A stretch of DNA of 64,000 bases from Spirochaetia bacterium (GTDB lineage Bacteria; Spirochaetota; Spirochaetia; DSM-16054; Sediminispirochaetaceae): positions 896,001 to 960,000 of the forward strand of contig JAXHMY010000001.1 of assembly GCA_034520965.1 (NCBI GenBank), written 5' to 3'. The notes below the pieces were generated by a model, which did no database searches, was not told the origin of the DNA, and was given only the letters and a program-made list of their open reading frames with translations. Of this stretch, positions 20,302-32,360 are shown in pieces. Every line of letters starts with the position of its first letter. The stretch's first letter is position 1. The position numbers and the translations under genes were made by a program.

Positions 20302-22237
20302 CTATTTTTTCCGGACTATTATCAGGGTCTCATCGTCATGTTGGCTGGCCGAGCCGACAAACTTGTCTATTGCCGCAAATATTTTCTTCTTTAGCGCTTC
20401 GGGCTCATCGTCTGCATTCTCCGCGATAACTTGCTTCAGTCGCTCAAAGCCAAACTGTTGATCCTTGATGTTCATAGCCTCGGTAATCCCGTCGGTGTAA
20501 AAAATCAGAAGATCATTTTGTTCCACCCGAAAGGTGGTCTGGGGATATTCCCATTCCGCATCAATCCCTATCGGTACACCCTCTGAATCAATCTGGCGAA
20601 AATCCTTGTGCGAAGGGCAGTATAACAACAGAGGATGATGGGCGGCATTACAATACTCTGCCGAACCGCTGTAAGGGTCGAGAAGGAGGAACGAAAGCGT
20701 AGCGAAACGCTCAATTCCTACATTTCCGGCAACACCGCGATTGATAAGTGAAACAAACTCACTGGCGCTGCGCTTCTCCCCGGCAATCAGATGCAAAATG
20801 GTACGGATCATTACCATTACCAGACTGGCAGGAATGCCTTTGCCGGCCACATCACAAACTAGAATACCTAAGCGATTATCCTTCGGAAGCTGGATAATAT
20901 CATAATAATCGCCGCTTACACCGCGGGCCGGGATAGTTTCGGCAGAAATACTCAGGTGTGAATCGGCGGGAAGCTCCTTGGGAAACAGGTTCTTCTGAAT
21001 TCCTCCGGCTATCTCTACTTCTCTCTCAATCTCCCGTTTTTCTACCAGCTCGACATAGTTATAAAGTGCATCCATCGTTAGGGAAGTATAATCGGCAAAA
21101 ACTTTGGTGCGTTCAAAATCTTGTTCGGTAAACCGGTGTTCGGGATCCCGCGAAATTATGCTCAATACCCCATATAATCGTCCCGAAACCGTTAAAGGAA
21201 TTAAAATCAAAGAGCTGCAGTAATTTATATCGTCTTTTATCAGATCTCGGATCTCCCGGCTTTTTTCTGCATGTGGTATGTAGAGGGGCGATTGCTCACG
21301 GGCCGCACGGCCAATGTAGGTCTCGTTCAGGGAGAGAGGTTTCGACTTGAAGTAGTCGTCTATTTTTCCAATTTTCTGGGTGACAATATTGGGCACTTTG
21401 AAGGGCGGCGGGTAGTAACCGACAATACTGCGGACCCGCAGCTTTTGATCATCCTCGTTATACAGCAGGATTACCCCGCCGTCGGCATGGGTATTTTCCA
21501 CTACCGAGGCAATCACCAAATCAAGCACATTCTGCACAGCACTATGCTCGGATAAGGCCTCATTGATGTTTTTAATAAAATCGAACACCGAATTGATATA
21601 TGAGCGGGTAAACTTAAGATTTTCTTTGGTTTGCATTGCACTCTGAAGGTAGTACATACGAAACACCGAATAATGGATAAGGTAGCCTGCCGGCAGGACA
21701 ATTGCGCTATAGTAGAGCGAATCCGTTGCTAAGAAGATCTCCAGCATCAGCACCAGGATATAGTACAGAGAGAAGTACCCGCGCATATGTTCCACGAACT
21801 CGCCATCACGCACATTCTTGGTGGATACGCTGTAGTATCTGCTGCATCAAATATATGAAACTTACCAAGACTAACATGGTATGCAACACTTCCCAGACTG
21901 CAGCGGTGGGCTGAAACAAAATAAGTGCAGTCAAGGCTGCCACTATTGGGGTTGTAACAGCAACATAGATAAGACCGTCTCTCCGGTTCCTATATCCACA
22001 AACCCAGCACAGGTAAATCCCTATTATCACGAACTCTACAGCCAAAATAATAACCTGCGCGGGCATAAAGAAAAACGCTACTTCTCGAAACAGGTAAATT
22101 AAGGGAATTGCGGTAAAGGCTATAAAGCAGGGAGGACGAATCGGAAGCCGATATGCATAGACGAATAGAACCACGGCCAGTATTGATCTAAACCAGTTTG
22201 GTGATGTTAAAAATTGGCCAACTATTTCCATATTCAT
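20302..22237 (-). CDS. Membrane-anchored GAF + SpoIIE/PP2C (RsbU-like) phosphatase; probably one gene with a frameshift near 21835
   Basis: 'VSGDYYD', 'DVAGKG', 'NAAH', 'YTDGITEA', 'DDET'. The TM-rich ORF 21806..22264 joins as the N-terminus. Confidence 0.85.
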
Positions 22238-22339
22238 ATTAAGTTTACCCGCAAAGTGTAGCAAGCCGATGATGCAGGGTCAAGGCTGAAGCAAAATTAA
22301 ACACTTTCAACCAGAGCAGAATATATACATGCAAAGCTG

Positions 22340-23335
22340 CTACAGAATTTTGACTTTGTTATCGTCTAATGCAAAGTGGCAGGCTACCCAGTGCCCCGGT
22401 TTAGCCTCGCGGTACTCGGGAACTTCCCGGCCGCACCGCTCTTCGGCAACGGGGCAGCGGGTGTGGAACACGCAGCCCGAGGGAGGGTTGACCGGACTGG
22501 GGACTTCGCCTTCAAGCACAATGTGGCCTCGCCCGCGCTCCCGCTTGGGGTTGGGGATGGGGATGGCCGAAATAAGCGACTGGGTATAGGGATGCAGGGG
22601 GTCGGCAAACAGCTGGCGGCTGGTGGTCAGCTCCATCATGCGCCCCAGATACATCACTGCGATGCGGTCGGAGATGTGCTGAACCATACTCAGGTCGTGG
22701 GCAATAAACAGATAGGTGATGCCCAGCTTTTTCTGCAGATCCTGCAGCAGGTTCACTACCTGAGCCTGAATGGACACGTCCAGGGCGGAGATAGGCTCGT
22801 CGCAGACCACAAAGCGCGGGTAAAGCGCCAGGGCGCGGGCGATATTGATGCGCTGGCGCTGTCCTCCGGAAAACTCATGGGGAAAGCGCTGGGCATGCAT
22901 CGGCTTCAGGCCTACCAGCTTCAGCAGCTCAAATATGCGGTCTTTAATCTCTTTCGGCTCCATTTCGGTGTGAATCGTCATGGGCTCGGCGATGATATCG
23001 CCGACGCGGTGGCGCGGGTTCAATGAGGAATAGGAGTCCTGAAAGACGATCTGCATTTTGGTGCGAAACTTGCGCAGGTCTTCCTTGCCCAGTTCCGATA
23101 CATTGGTATCTTCAAAGCGGATAGTCCCGCCGGTCGGTTCATACAGGCGTAGAATAGTCCGGCCGAGGGTCGATTTGCCGCAGCCGCTCTCGCCGACTAA
23201 GCCCAGGGTCTCCCCTTTTTCAATCGAAAAGCTGATGTTATCCACCGCCTTAACCACCGAGGAACGGCCTAAAGAGAGAAAACTGCGCTTAAGCTGAAAG
23301 TGCTTTGATATCCTATCTACTTGAACTATTTCCAC
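22340..23335 (-). CDS. oppF: Oligo/dipeptide ABC transporter ATP-binding protein (OppF/DppF)
   Basis: [16 protein letters not shown], 'HPYT', 'GCVFHTRCP'. Confidence 0.92.
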   Translation of the reverse strand: MEIVQVDRISKHFQLKRSFLSLGRSSVVKAVDNISFSIEKGETLGLVGESGCGKSTLGRTILRLYEPTGGTIRFEDTNVSELGKEDLRKFRTKMQIVFQDSYSSLNPRHRVGDIIAEPMTIHTEMEPKEIKDRIFELLKLVGLKPMHAQRFPHEFSGGQRQRINIARALALYPRFVVCDEPISALDVSIQAQVVNLLQDLQKKLGITYLFIAHDLSMVQHISDRIAVMYLGRMMELTTSRQLFADPLHPYTQSLISAIPIPNPKRERGRGHIVLEGEVPSPVNPPSGCVFHTRCPVAEERCGREVPEYREAKPGHWVACHFALDDNKVKIL

Positions 23336-23339
23336 TGCC

Positions 23340-24345
23340 CTACTCCTCGCTCCGCGGCTTCTGCTGCTTCATATCATAAAAACACTTCGTATAATGCCCC
23401 TCTTCCACCTGGTAGTTAGGGGGTATACTCTTTCCAGCAGCGGTCGAATACATACGGACAGCGCCAGGCAAACTGGCAATGCTTCGGCGCCTCAAACAGA
23501 TCCGGCGGGGCACCGCCGATACTGATTAACCGGCTCTGCTCGGTTTCGCCTACCTCCGGTATGGCTCCCAGCAGTCCTTCGGTATAGGGGTGCTGGGCGT
23601 TCTCATACAGGTCGTCTACCTTTGCCATTTCAATCGGCATACCCGCGTACATTACCATCACCCGGTCTGCGATACCGGCCACTACTCCCAGGTCGTGGGT
23701 AATCCAGATGACGGTCATGCCCATCTCGCGCTGCAGGCGGCGGGTTAACTCGACTATTTGGGTTTGAATGGTCACATCCAGAGCGGTGGTAGGTTCATCG
23801 GCCACTAAGATTTCCGGTTCGCAGGCGATTGCAATTGCAATCATCGCCCGCTGCCGCATCCCACCTGAAAACTGGTGGGGATAGGAGTAGAACCTTTTTT
23901 CCGGGTAGGAGATACCCACGTTTTCCAGCAATTCCACGGCCCTGGTGTAGGCCCGGCGTTTATTGTAGCCCATATGGGTCATCAGGGATTCACTGATTTG
24001 TTCGCCCACGGTTAATACCGGGTTGAGCGATCGCAGGGCATCCTGAAATACGATGCTAATGTGTTTCCCGCGAATCTTATTCAGTTTCTCCTTCGAAATT
24101 GCCAGCAGGTCGGACTGTGCATCTTTGGTTTGAAAGAGGGCGGTACCCTTCACTTCCGCCGACTCCGCCGGCAGCAGCCCCAGCAGTGACAGCACCGATA
24201 CGCTCTTGCCGCTGCCGCTCTCGCCAACTACCGCAAGGGTCTCACCGGACTGCAGTTCAAAATCCACGCCGTTCACCGCAAACACGGTTCCGTCAAAAGT
24301 ATGAAAACGGGTAGTTAAGTTTTGCACCGATAGTATTGAACTCAT
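23340..24345 (-). CDS. oppD: Oligo/dipeptide ABC transporter ATP-binding protein (OppD/DppD; frameshift near the C-terminus)
   Basis: [24 protein letters not shown]. The alternative frame gives …HYTKCFY…* at 23340. Confidence 0.9.
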
Positions 24346-24352
24346 GTGTTTC

Positions 24353-25288
24353 CTACCTCTTTTTCTGCCGCATCCGCGGGTCCATCGCATCTCGCAGCCA
24401 GTCACCGAACAGGTTCATCCCAAAGCCGGTAAACACTATCGCCAAACCGGGATACACCGACATCCACGGATAGACGGTCAGATACTGCCGTCCCATGGCC
24501 AGCATGTTGCCCCAGCTGGGTACGCTCGGCGGGACGGAAAGGCCCAAAAAGCCCAGACCGGCCTCATAAAAAATCATCGCCGACATTTCAAAGGTTGCCA
24601 GGGTAATCAGCGGTCCCAAGAGATTCGGCATTATGTGCTTAAAGATAATGCGGGGGGTCCTCTGGCCGATACTCTGGGCCGCTTCAATAAAGCCCTCTTC
24701 CCGCAGTCGTAACACCTCCCCGCGGGTAACACGGACAAAAATAGGTATATCGGTTAGGCCGAAGATTAAAATTACATTCAACAGGCTGTTGCCGAGAATG
24801 GCGGCCACAAAGACCACAAACACAAGATAGGGCAGGGACAATACCATATTGACCATGGTCATGATAATATTATCGATTTGCCCCCCCTTGTAGCCGGATA
24901 TAAGGCCGATCATCATACCGAGGGTAAAGGCCATCATAACCCCTAAAAAGCCGACAGTAATGGAAACCCGGCTGCCGTAGATAATCCGGCTGAGCACATC
25001 ACGCCCCAGACTGTCGGTGCCCAGCAAATATTCGGTACTTCCCCCCTCTGCCCACGCCGGGGCTTGCTTAGAGGCCTGAATATCCTGCTGCATCGGGTCG
25101 TGGGGGGTTATCCAAGGAGAAAAGGCGGCTGCAAACACAACCGAGAGGAACATCACCAGCCCTATCAGCCCCGCCTTATCCCGCCACAAAAGCCGTGCCA
25201 CATACACCAGCTTGGCAGAAATACTGCGGTCCGCCTGCTCGTCAACAATTAATCCTGTTGCTCTTTCGTTACTTGTATTTTCTTCCAT
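24353..25288 (-). CDS. oppC: Peptide/nickel ABC permease (OppC/DppC)
   Basis: 'LGTDSLGRD', EAA loop, 'PSWGNM'. Confidence 0.92.
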   Translation of the reverse strand: MEENTSNERATGLIVDEQADRSISAKLVYVARLLWRDKAGLIGLVMFLSVVFAAAFSPWITPHDPMQQDIQASKQAPAWAEGGSTEYLLGTDSLGRDVLSRIIYGSRVSITVGFLGVMMAFTLGMMIGLISGYKGGQIDNIIMTMVNMVLSLPYLVFVVFVAAILGNSLLNVILIFGLTDIPIFVRVTRGEVLRLREEGFIEAAQSIGQRTPRIIFKHIMPNLLGPLITLATFEMSAMIFYEAGLGFLGLSVPPSVPSWGNMLAMGRQYLTVYPWMSVYPGLAIVFTGFGMNLFGDWLRDAMDPRMRQKKR

Positions 25289-25300
25289 CTTAATTCCGAT

Positions 25301-26245
25301 TTATTTATAGCGAATTCTAGGATCGACTAACACATAGACAAAATCGGTCAGCAGATGCAGACCAATTACCACAAAGCTAGTAAAAAAAGCCGTGGCCTGT
25401 ACCAAGAAAAAGTCGCGGGTTCCCACCGCTTCCGCCAGCAGATTTCCGAGTCCGGGCCAGGCAAAAATTGTTTCCACATAGATAGAACCGCTCAGCAGAT
25501 AACTGAACTGCACACCAATTATGCTAATCAGCGGAATAGCCGCATTTTTTAGTATGTACTTGAGATAAATGCGCATTTTATGCAGACCCTTACTACGAGC
25601 GGTGGTCACATAATCCTCATTCATTACTTCCATCACCGCCGATCGGGTAAACCGAGTCAGCTGCCCGGTAGTAAACAGACTGAGGGTAAAGGCCGGCAGG
25701 ATAATCGACTTATCCGGCAGGTGCAGCCCGAATAGCTGAAAAGTCTCCCGCCCATAGGTGGGAAACCAGCCTAAATTGAGGGCAAACACCAGGATCATGA
25801 TGAGCCCCAGCCAAAAGGTCGGAATGGTCTGCCCCAACAGACCCAGCCCGCGGGCAATAGAATCAAAAATGGTATTGGGGTTCGAACCACCGAGAATGCC
25901 CATCGTCACACCCATAAGAATTGCCATTAGCAGTGCAACAGTGGCCAGTTCGACAGTTGCCGGAATACGCTGCAGCACCAGCTCCAGGGCCGGCACACGG
26001 TAGCGAAAGGAGTTGCCGAAATCTCCCTGCAGAGCCCCCTTCACAAAGTCGCCAAATTGCACCAGGAGGGGGCGGTTAAAACCCAGCTCCTGGCGCAGGC
26101 TCTCTATTTCGTCGGGGGAGGCCTGCCGTGATACCATTAAACTAACCGGGTCTCCGGTCAGATGCAGTAATATAAACACAATAAACAACACTCCCACAAG
26201 AAGTGCGAGTGAGTACATTACTCTTGATAAAAGATACCTCAGCAT
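25301..26245 (-). CDS. oppB: Peptide/nickel ABC permease (OppB/DppB)
   Basis: 'GDFGNS', 'EDYVTTARSKG', 'DPRIR'. Confidence 0.92.
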   Translation of the reverse strand: MLRYLLSRVMYSLALLVGVLFIVFILLHLTGDPVSLMVSRQASPDEIESLRQELGFNRPLLVQFGDFVKGALQGDFGNSFRYRVPALELVLQRIPATVELATVALLMAILMGVTMGILGGSNPNTIFDSIARGLGLLGQTIPTFWLGLIMILVFALNLGWFPTYGRETFQLFGLHLPDKSIILPAFTLSLFTTGQLTRFTRSAVMEVMNEDYVTTARSKGLHKMRIYLKYILKNAAIPLISIIGVQFSYLLSGSIYVETIFAWPGLGNLLAEAVGTRDFFLVQATAFFTSFVVIGLHLLTDFVYVLVDPRIRYK

Positions 26246-26305
26246 TCATTCCCCCTCAAAAAGCCTGACATTGCTAAAACTCATATACTAATACTATATA
26301 AGAGC

Positions 26306-26329
26306 GGCGCTGCTGGAACCAGCAGCGCC
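26306..26329. other. Intergenic hairpin between oppA and oppB
   Basis: GGCGCTGCTGG-AA-CCAGCAGCGCC. Confidence 0.55.
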
Positions 26330-26386
26330 TTAAAAATCGCAATGCAAACAGTACGCACTCGGTGCGCATCAGCACGCGTCTAAAGC

Positions 26387-27946
26387 CTACTCGAGGCTTA
26401 CGCCCTTCAGGTAGTACTGCTCCGATACACGGGGCTCATAATTCTTCACCCGTTCACGAGCAGCTTCAAAGCCCTGGGGCTGGTACAGATAGATAAAGGG
26501 AGGATCTTCTTTCATGTACTCCAGAATTTCGGTGTACACCTCGGCCCGTTCCTCCTGGTCGGGAGTAAGCTCAACCTCTTCTACCATATCGACCAGTTTC
26601 TGGTCAAACCAGGCTGCATAGCTGGCATCTCTGCCGCCGACCGACCCCTTCAAGCGCGGGAAGGCCTCGCCGATGCTGGAGGACCAGCTGTCGCCGAAGA
26701 GCGGAGGAAGTTCGCGCTTGGCCTCGAGGCCCCAGTATTTACCGGATTCCATAAACTCCAGGTCTACTTCGATGCCGATTTCACCCCAGTAACCGACTAA
26801 TGACTGCAGGACATCCTCAAAATTGATATAGGTATCCGACGGACCGGCCATGCCGATTTCAAATCCGTCTTCATATCCGGCTTCCGCCAGCAGTTCCTTG
26901 GCCTTTTCAGGGTCATAGGGATACGGCTCAATCGAGGGGTCATACCCAAGATTTCCAGGCACAACGAATCCGGCGGTTCGTTCGGCTTTACCGTTGAAAA
27001 TATTGTCGATAATGGCCTGATAGTCGATGGCATAGCTCATCGCCTGACGAACCTTCTTATTCTCAATCGGAGTGCCCGACACCGGTGGTCATGTTGTTAA
27101 AGGCAATGTAATACACCCGGTCTTTGGGATAGCTGATAAGCTTCACATTGTTCATATCTTCTACTGAGTCTGCCTGTTCGGGGGTAAGGCGGCTGATAAT
27201 ATCGATATCGTTATTCTGCAGAGCTGCAATCCGGGTAGAGGACTCGGTAATCGGACGAAAGACCACCCTGATCCACCTTGGGATACTCCGGCTGCCAGTA
27301 GTTTTCATTGGCGTCCAGCACAATCCGGTCGCCCTTATTCCATTCTACAAACTTGAAGGCTCCGGTACCGACGGGTTCCTGCATGTACCCCTCTTCTCCA
27401 ACTTCCTCGTGATATTTCTTGGACAGGATACCCCAGTGCTCGTTCATTTGCAGCAGCATCATCGAGTTCGGCTGTTCCAGTTCCATCCTTACGGTGTACT
27501 TGTCAACCTTCTCCATGTTTTTCACTGCTTTGAAGTCCTCACGGTAGGTAATTTCACTCCCCTGGCCGCGTTCCCAGGTAAAAACCACGTCATCGGCGGT
27601 AAAATCGTATCCGTTGTGAAACTGGACGTCCTTACGCAGTTTGAAGGTATACACAGTTCCATCGTCGGATACCGTCCAGCTCTCGGCCAAAGCCGGTACA
27701 ATTTCACCATCGTCGTTCAGCCATACCAGTGAATCAAACATGCTCCAGGCGACATTCGAGGCCTGGCGGGTATCACCGGTAGCCGGCTCAATGGTATTCG
27801 GGCTGGCGTTCAGCGCCACTCGCAATACCACTGGCTTCTTCATTCTCTTCAGCTGTTCTCTTTGGCAGCCGAAAAAGACAGAAGCCATTGATAAGACCAG
27901 CAATGCAAGCAACACAAACCAGAAATGTTTTCCATGTAATTTACAT
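26387..27946 (-). CDS. oppA: Family-5 ABC substrate-binding protein (OppA/DppA), broken by several frameshifts
   Basis: 'PALAESW', 'FHNG', 'PVGTGAF', 'VRQAMSYAID', 'YDPEKAKELL' spread over ORFs 27211..28005, 27063..27323 and 26387..27082. GGAGG RBS lies before the ATG at 27946. Confidence 0.85.
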
Positions 27947-28255
27947 TTTCTCCTCCTTTTCCTTCGGCTGGTAATTTCTGGCAGCCCTCTTTCCGGCCGC
28001 CCCAACCAAAGTTCTTGAAAATAAAAATTACAACTCTAAATACTATTACAGTATCTCACACCTTATTTCAGAATGTCAATCAAAACTCGACACTCGAACT
28101 AATAATTATTACAAAGTAATCTACTATCAAATAAAGAATAAACCTCAACTTTACACTTTCTGATTAAAATTAGAACTTTATGAGTAAAATTAAGAGTTGT
28201 TAGACCTCTAATTTAACCTCACTCCCTGGGCTTGCAAGCTCTTTTGTACTCGGGA

Positions 28256-28394
28256 CAGGGATTCTCATTTTGGAAGTCAATGACTTCCAAAATGAGAGAT
28301 GCCACAACAGCTTTAAGATAATCTACTTATCTTAAACAAAATGTAAGCATTCGCAATGTGAAAATTTTTAAAATTTTCACATTGCGAATTGCTG
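28256..28394. mobile_element. 139-bp MITE (copy 1) with hairpin ends and 9-bp target duplication TACTCGGGA
   Basis: Direct repeats at 28247-28255 and 28395-28403; ends CAG…CTG; three internal palindromes; homologous to 49024-49163 in the opposite orientation. Confidence 0.85.
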
Positions 28395-28505
28395 TACTCG
28401 GGAAATATCCAAGACCCGGGGCAAAGAAATGCCGGGCTTCGACTTCCGCCGGAGCCCGACCAAATCACACTAGACTACAAGTGTACATGCAGCTGCACTA
28501 AAAAC

Positions 28506-30005
28506 CTATTGTGCGCCGAACCAGTTAACCGGTTCATTCGCATGGTTCTGATAGATGTGTTTAATTTCAGTATACTCTTCAAGGCCCGGTTTTCCAAGTT
28601 CCCGGCCCTGGCCGGACTGTTTGTATCCGCCCCAGGGAGCCTGTACAAAGTAAATGTTAAAGTCGTTGATCCATACCGTCCCGGTACGCAGTGCGGCGGC
28701 TACCCGCTCGGCCCGGTCCTGGTCTTTTGTCCAGACCCCACCGGAGAGACCGTAGATGGTATCGTTGGCCCACTCCACTGCCTGTTCCTCCATATCAAAA
28801 GACTCAATTGTAATTACCGGTCCAAAGATCTCCTCTTTAGCCAGGCGCATGCTGTTTTTCACACCGGTAATAAGGGTGGGCAGAAAGTAAAAGCCCCCAT
28901 CGTGGGGAGGATTATCCGGCCGGGTGCCGCCCAGCACAATTTCGGCCCCTTCATCTTTGGCGATTTGCATGTACTTCTCTATCTTTGCCCGATGCTCTTC
29001 GGAGATCACCGGCCCCATTTCGGTTGAGGGGTCAAAGGCATCGCCCATTTTTATATTAGAAATGCGCTTTTTCAGCGCAGTTACAAACTTGTCATGTATG
29101 GAAGATTCAACCAGGATTCTCGATCCGGCCGAACATATCTGTCCTGCATGGAAAAAGACACCATTAAGCGCAAAATCTACTGCCGTATCAAAATCGGCAT
29201 CCCCGAAAATTATGTTGGGATTCTTACCACCCAACTCAAGGGCTACCTTTTTAACAGTATCACTGGCGACCTTCAAAATCTTCTTACCGGTTACAATGCC
29301 CCCTGTAAAGGAGACCATGTCTACCCCGGGATTGGTGGTCATCTCGGTTCCAACGGTATTTCCCGGGCCCAGCACCAAATTTATTACTCCGGCCGGAATT
29401 CCGACCTCTTCGGCCAATTCGGTGATTCGGATGGTGGTAAAGGGTGTGATTTCGCTCGGTTTCATCACAATGGTACAGCCGGCAGCCAGGGCCGGTGCAA
29501 TTTTCCACGAAGCCTGCAGCAAGGGGTAATTCCACGGAGAAATTTGGGCTGCTACTCCAACCGGCTCTCGTACTACCCGGCTGGTGGTGTTAGGAATCGG
29601 AGATTGGATAATCTCACCGCCCTCTTTATCCGCCAACTGTCCAAAATAGCGAAAAATTCCCGCAATGTCGTCCATGTCTCCACGGCTCTCTTCTACCGTT
29701 TTTCCGGTATCCAGACTCTCCATCTGAGCCAGCTCTTCGCGGTTCTCTTCTACTTTGTCGGCTAATTTTTCAACTAATCTACCCCGTTCTGCAGCGGGAG
29801 TTTTAGGCCAATCGCCTTTGTCGAATGCCCGTCTGGCAGCTTCAACCGCCAACTTCACATCCTCGGCATTGCCCTCGGTTACTTTTGTTATTACTTCGCC
29901 TGTACAGGGATATAAAATCTCCCGGTACTCTCCGGAAACTGAGTCGACCCACTTTCCGTCAATATACATCTGTTTTTTTCCATTATAAGTTAAGCTACCT
30001 GTCAT
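28506..30005 (-). CDS. betB: Betaine-aldehyde-type aldehyde dehydrogenase
   Basis: 'PWNYP', 'ELGGKNP', 'HAGQICSAG', 'EEIFGPV', C-terminal 'NWF' as in Firmicutes GbsA/BetB. Confidence 0.85.
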   Translation of the reverse strand: MTGSLTYNGKKQMYIDGKWVDSVSGEYREILYPCTGEVITKVTEGNAEDVKLAVEAARRAFDKGDWPKTPAAERGRLVEKLADKVEENREELAQMESLDTGKTVEESRGDMDDIAGIFRYFGQLADKEGGEIIQSPIPNTTSRVVREPVGVAAQISPWNYPLLQASWKIAPALAAGCTIVMKPSEITPFTTIRITELAEEVGIPAGVINLVLGPGNTVGTEMTTNPGVDMVSFTGGIVTGKKILKVASDTVKKVALELGGKNPNIIFGDADFDTAVDFALNGVFFHAGQICSAGSRILVESSIHDKFVTALKKRISNIKMGDAFDPSTEMGPVISEEHRAKIEKYMQIAKDEGAEIVLGGTRPDNPPHDGGFYFLPTLITGVKNSMRLAKEEIFGPVITIESFDMEEQAVEWANDTIYGLSGGVWTKDQDRAERVAAALRTGTVWINDFNIYFVQAPWGGYKQSGQGRELGKPGLEEYTEIKHIYQNHANEPVNWFGAQ

Positions 30006-30063
30006 ACATTTCCTCCATAATTATCCGGGTACATAAAAATTTGTGTAATCCTAGTTTTCTCCA

Positions 30064-30900
30064 CTACCATAGGGAACCTCCGGATACCGTTATATCCTGC
30101 CCATTGATTCCATAGGCTTCTTCGCGGCACAAGTAAGCCGCCAGAGCACCGATTTCCTTGGGCTGAATCAGCCGTTTTTGGGGATTGGCGGCTGCTTCCT
30201 GGGAAATCAGTTCATCACCCTTCATGTGCATCTGCTTTTCGGCAATATCGGTAATCCAATCGCGACCAAAGTCGGTTTCGACCCATCCCGGACAAATTGC
30301 ATTTGCAGTTACACCGCCCTCGGCACCTTCCTGGGCCATGGCACGGGTCAAGCCCAATACAGCCGCCTTGGAGGCACAGTAGGCCGGCGACATTGGGGCG
30401 CCCACGTTACCGGCGGTTGATGAAATCGTAATAATCCGACCCCATTTTTGCTCCATCATGCCCTTGAGCACCAGCTTCGACATGCGGAAGGGTCCGTTCG
30501 CATTTACTTCCATTACCTTCATCCACAAACCCTCCGGATGATCAACCACCCCGTGTTCAGCGGTAATTCCGGCGGCATTTGCCAGGATATCTACCTTGCC
30601 AAAAGCCTTGATGGTTTCATTGTAGAAATTCTCACAAGATTCTGTAGAAGTCACATCCAGCTCAACGGCAAGTGCTTTTACTCCGAAGGCCTCAAGCTCG
30701 CCTTTGGTGCGCTCCATCTCTTCCATACCCGGCATATTGACCAGCTCACCATCGGCTTTGGTCTCCTTGCGGTTCGACAATAACGAGCCGATAGCGACGT
30801 TCGCACCGGCCTTTGCAAATTCGAGAGCCATAGCTCTCCCCATACCTGACGCGCCGCCGGTTACCATGGCCACACGTCCCTCAAGATTACGATCACTCAT
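30064..30900 (-). CDS. SDR family oxidoreductase
   Basis: TGGASGMG, NAAG, YCASK. Confidence 0.9.
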   Translation of the reverse strand: MSDRNLEGRVAMVTGGASGMGRAMALEFAKAGANVAIGSLLSNRKETKADGELVNMPGMEEMERTKGELEAFGVKALAVELDVTSTESCENFYNETIKAFGKVDILANAAGITAEHGVVDHPEGLWMKVMEVNANGPFRMSKLVLKGMMEQKWGRIITISSTAGNVGAPMSPAYCASKAAVLGLTRAMAQEGAEGGVTANAICPGWVETDFGRDWITDIAEKQMHMKGDELISQEAAANPQKRLIQPKEIGALAAYLCREEAYGINGQDITVSGGSLW

Positions 30901-31274
30901 ACATGATCCTCCTCTGTGTAAAATAAGTTATACATATAAATGTTATTAAAACTTTTTAATAATAATGCAGCTAATTAGTTAGATATATAAAGATATCTAA
31001 AAAATACTTAATAGCCAAATCGACCAAGCATTACTGTAGCATATTTAAAAAAAGCTGTAAATACCTACAATAACTATACATAGAAAATATTTTTTCACGG
31101 GATCAAAAAATATTCAAAAAAAATATTATTTATTATTCTCAAAATTTAAATTATTACTTCCTTTTCTAATATTTTCACTTGAAAGTATTGTTCAGATAGA
31201 TTATACTTGTTTAATCTTTATGCAGCACAATAATTTTTTGCTGCGCCGCAAATTACATTAGGAGGAAAAAGAAG

Positions 31275-32276
31275 ATGAGAATTTCAACAAAAGTTTTAAC
31301 ACTTTTTTTTATCGTTGCAGTGCTTTCTACTGGAACAATTTTTGCAGGAGGGCAACAAGAGGCAGACCAGAGCTCTAAGCAAAGCGAAGACACAACCACC
31401 CCAATCCAGGACAAAGACCAGGTAGTGGACTTTGTCGAGGTACAGTGGTCGGACATCGCCTCTACCACCGCCGCCACCCGCATTGTGCTGGAAGCCGCCG
31501 GCTTCGAGACCAACAGCAGCATGGTATCAGTACCTATAGCCTTTCAATCCCTTCAAACCGGGGACGTAGACGTGTTTCTCGGCGACTGGGAGCCTTCCAT
31601 GAAGTCCTACACCGAGGATTTGCTGGCCGAAGGAAAAGTTGAGGACCACGCGGTCAACTTGACCGGTGCAAAGTATACCCTGGCAGTCCCTTCTTATGTA
31701 GCCGAGGGTGGAATTAAAAGCTTTGGCGATATCGCCGACTACGGCGAAGAGCTGGACTATAAGATATATGGAATCGAACCGGGAAACGACGGAAACATGC
31801 TTATTCAAAGCATGATCGATGAGAATGCCTTCGGATTGGGCGACTTCGAACTGGTCGCATCCAGCGAAGCCGGCATGCTGGCCCAGGTACGCGCCATGCG
31901 CCCCAAGGAAGAGTGGATCGTGTTTCTCGGCTGGGAACCCCACCCCATGAACACCGTTTTTGACCTCACTTATCTCAAGGGCGGCGACGATTACTTCGGC
32001 CCCAACTACGGTGCTGCCGTCGTGCACACCCTTACCCGTCCCGGCTATGCTGAAGAAAACCCCAATCTCGGTAAGTTTTTCAGCAACCTTGAGTTCACCC
32101 TGGCAATGGAAAATAAAATTATGAAGGATATCGCCGACGGCATGCAGGCCCGTCCGGCTGCTGAAAAATGGCTTAAAGCAAACCCGGGAATTCTGGACTC
32201 CTGGCTTGAAGGCGTCAAAACTCCCGATGGAAAAGATGCTCTTCCAGTAGTCAAACAGAATCTTGGGGTAGAATAA
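31275..32276 (+). CDS. choX: Choline/betaine ABC substrate-binding protein (ChoX-like)
   Basis: 'WSDI', 'DVFLGDWEPSM', 'IYGIEPGNDGN', 'FLGWEPHPMN', 'GGDDYFGPNYG'. Confidence 0.88.
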   Translation: MRISTKVLTLFFIVAVLSTGTIFAGGQQEADQSSKQSEDTTTPIQDKDQVVDFVEVQWSDIASTTAATRIVLEAAGFETNSSMVSVPIAFQSLQTGDVDVFLGDWEPSMKSYTEDLLAEGKVEDHAVNLTGAKYTLAVPSYVAEGGIKSFGDIADYGEELDYKIYGIEPGNDGNMLIQSMIDENAFGLGDFELVASSEAGMLAQVRAMRPKEEWIVFLGWEPHPMNTVFDLTYLKGGDDYFGPNYGAAVVHTLTRPGYAEENPNLGKFFSNLEFTLAMENKIMKDIADGMQARPAAEKWLKANPGILDSWLEGVKTPDGKDALPVVKQNLGVE

Positions 32277-32306
32277 ACACCCCGGCTGTAGAACACTTTA
32301 AATATG

Positions 32307-32344
32307 CGCTCGAGCGATTGATCACCGCTCGGGCGTTTTTTTTT
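32307..32344 (+). terminator. Rho-independent terminator after choX
   Basis: CGCTCGAGCG-N9-CGCTCGGGCG followed by T9. Confidence 0.8.
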
Positions 32345-32360
32345 AATTTTTGACCTATTT

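Noticed and set aside
28389..29027. 212-aa plus-strand ORF
   Set aside because: Antisense shadow of betB
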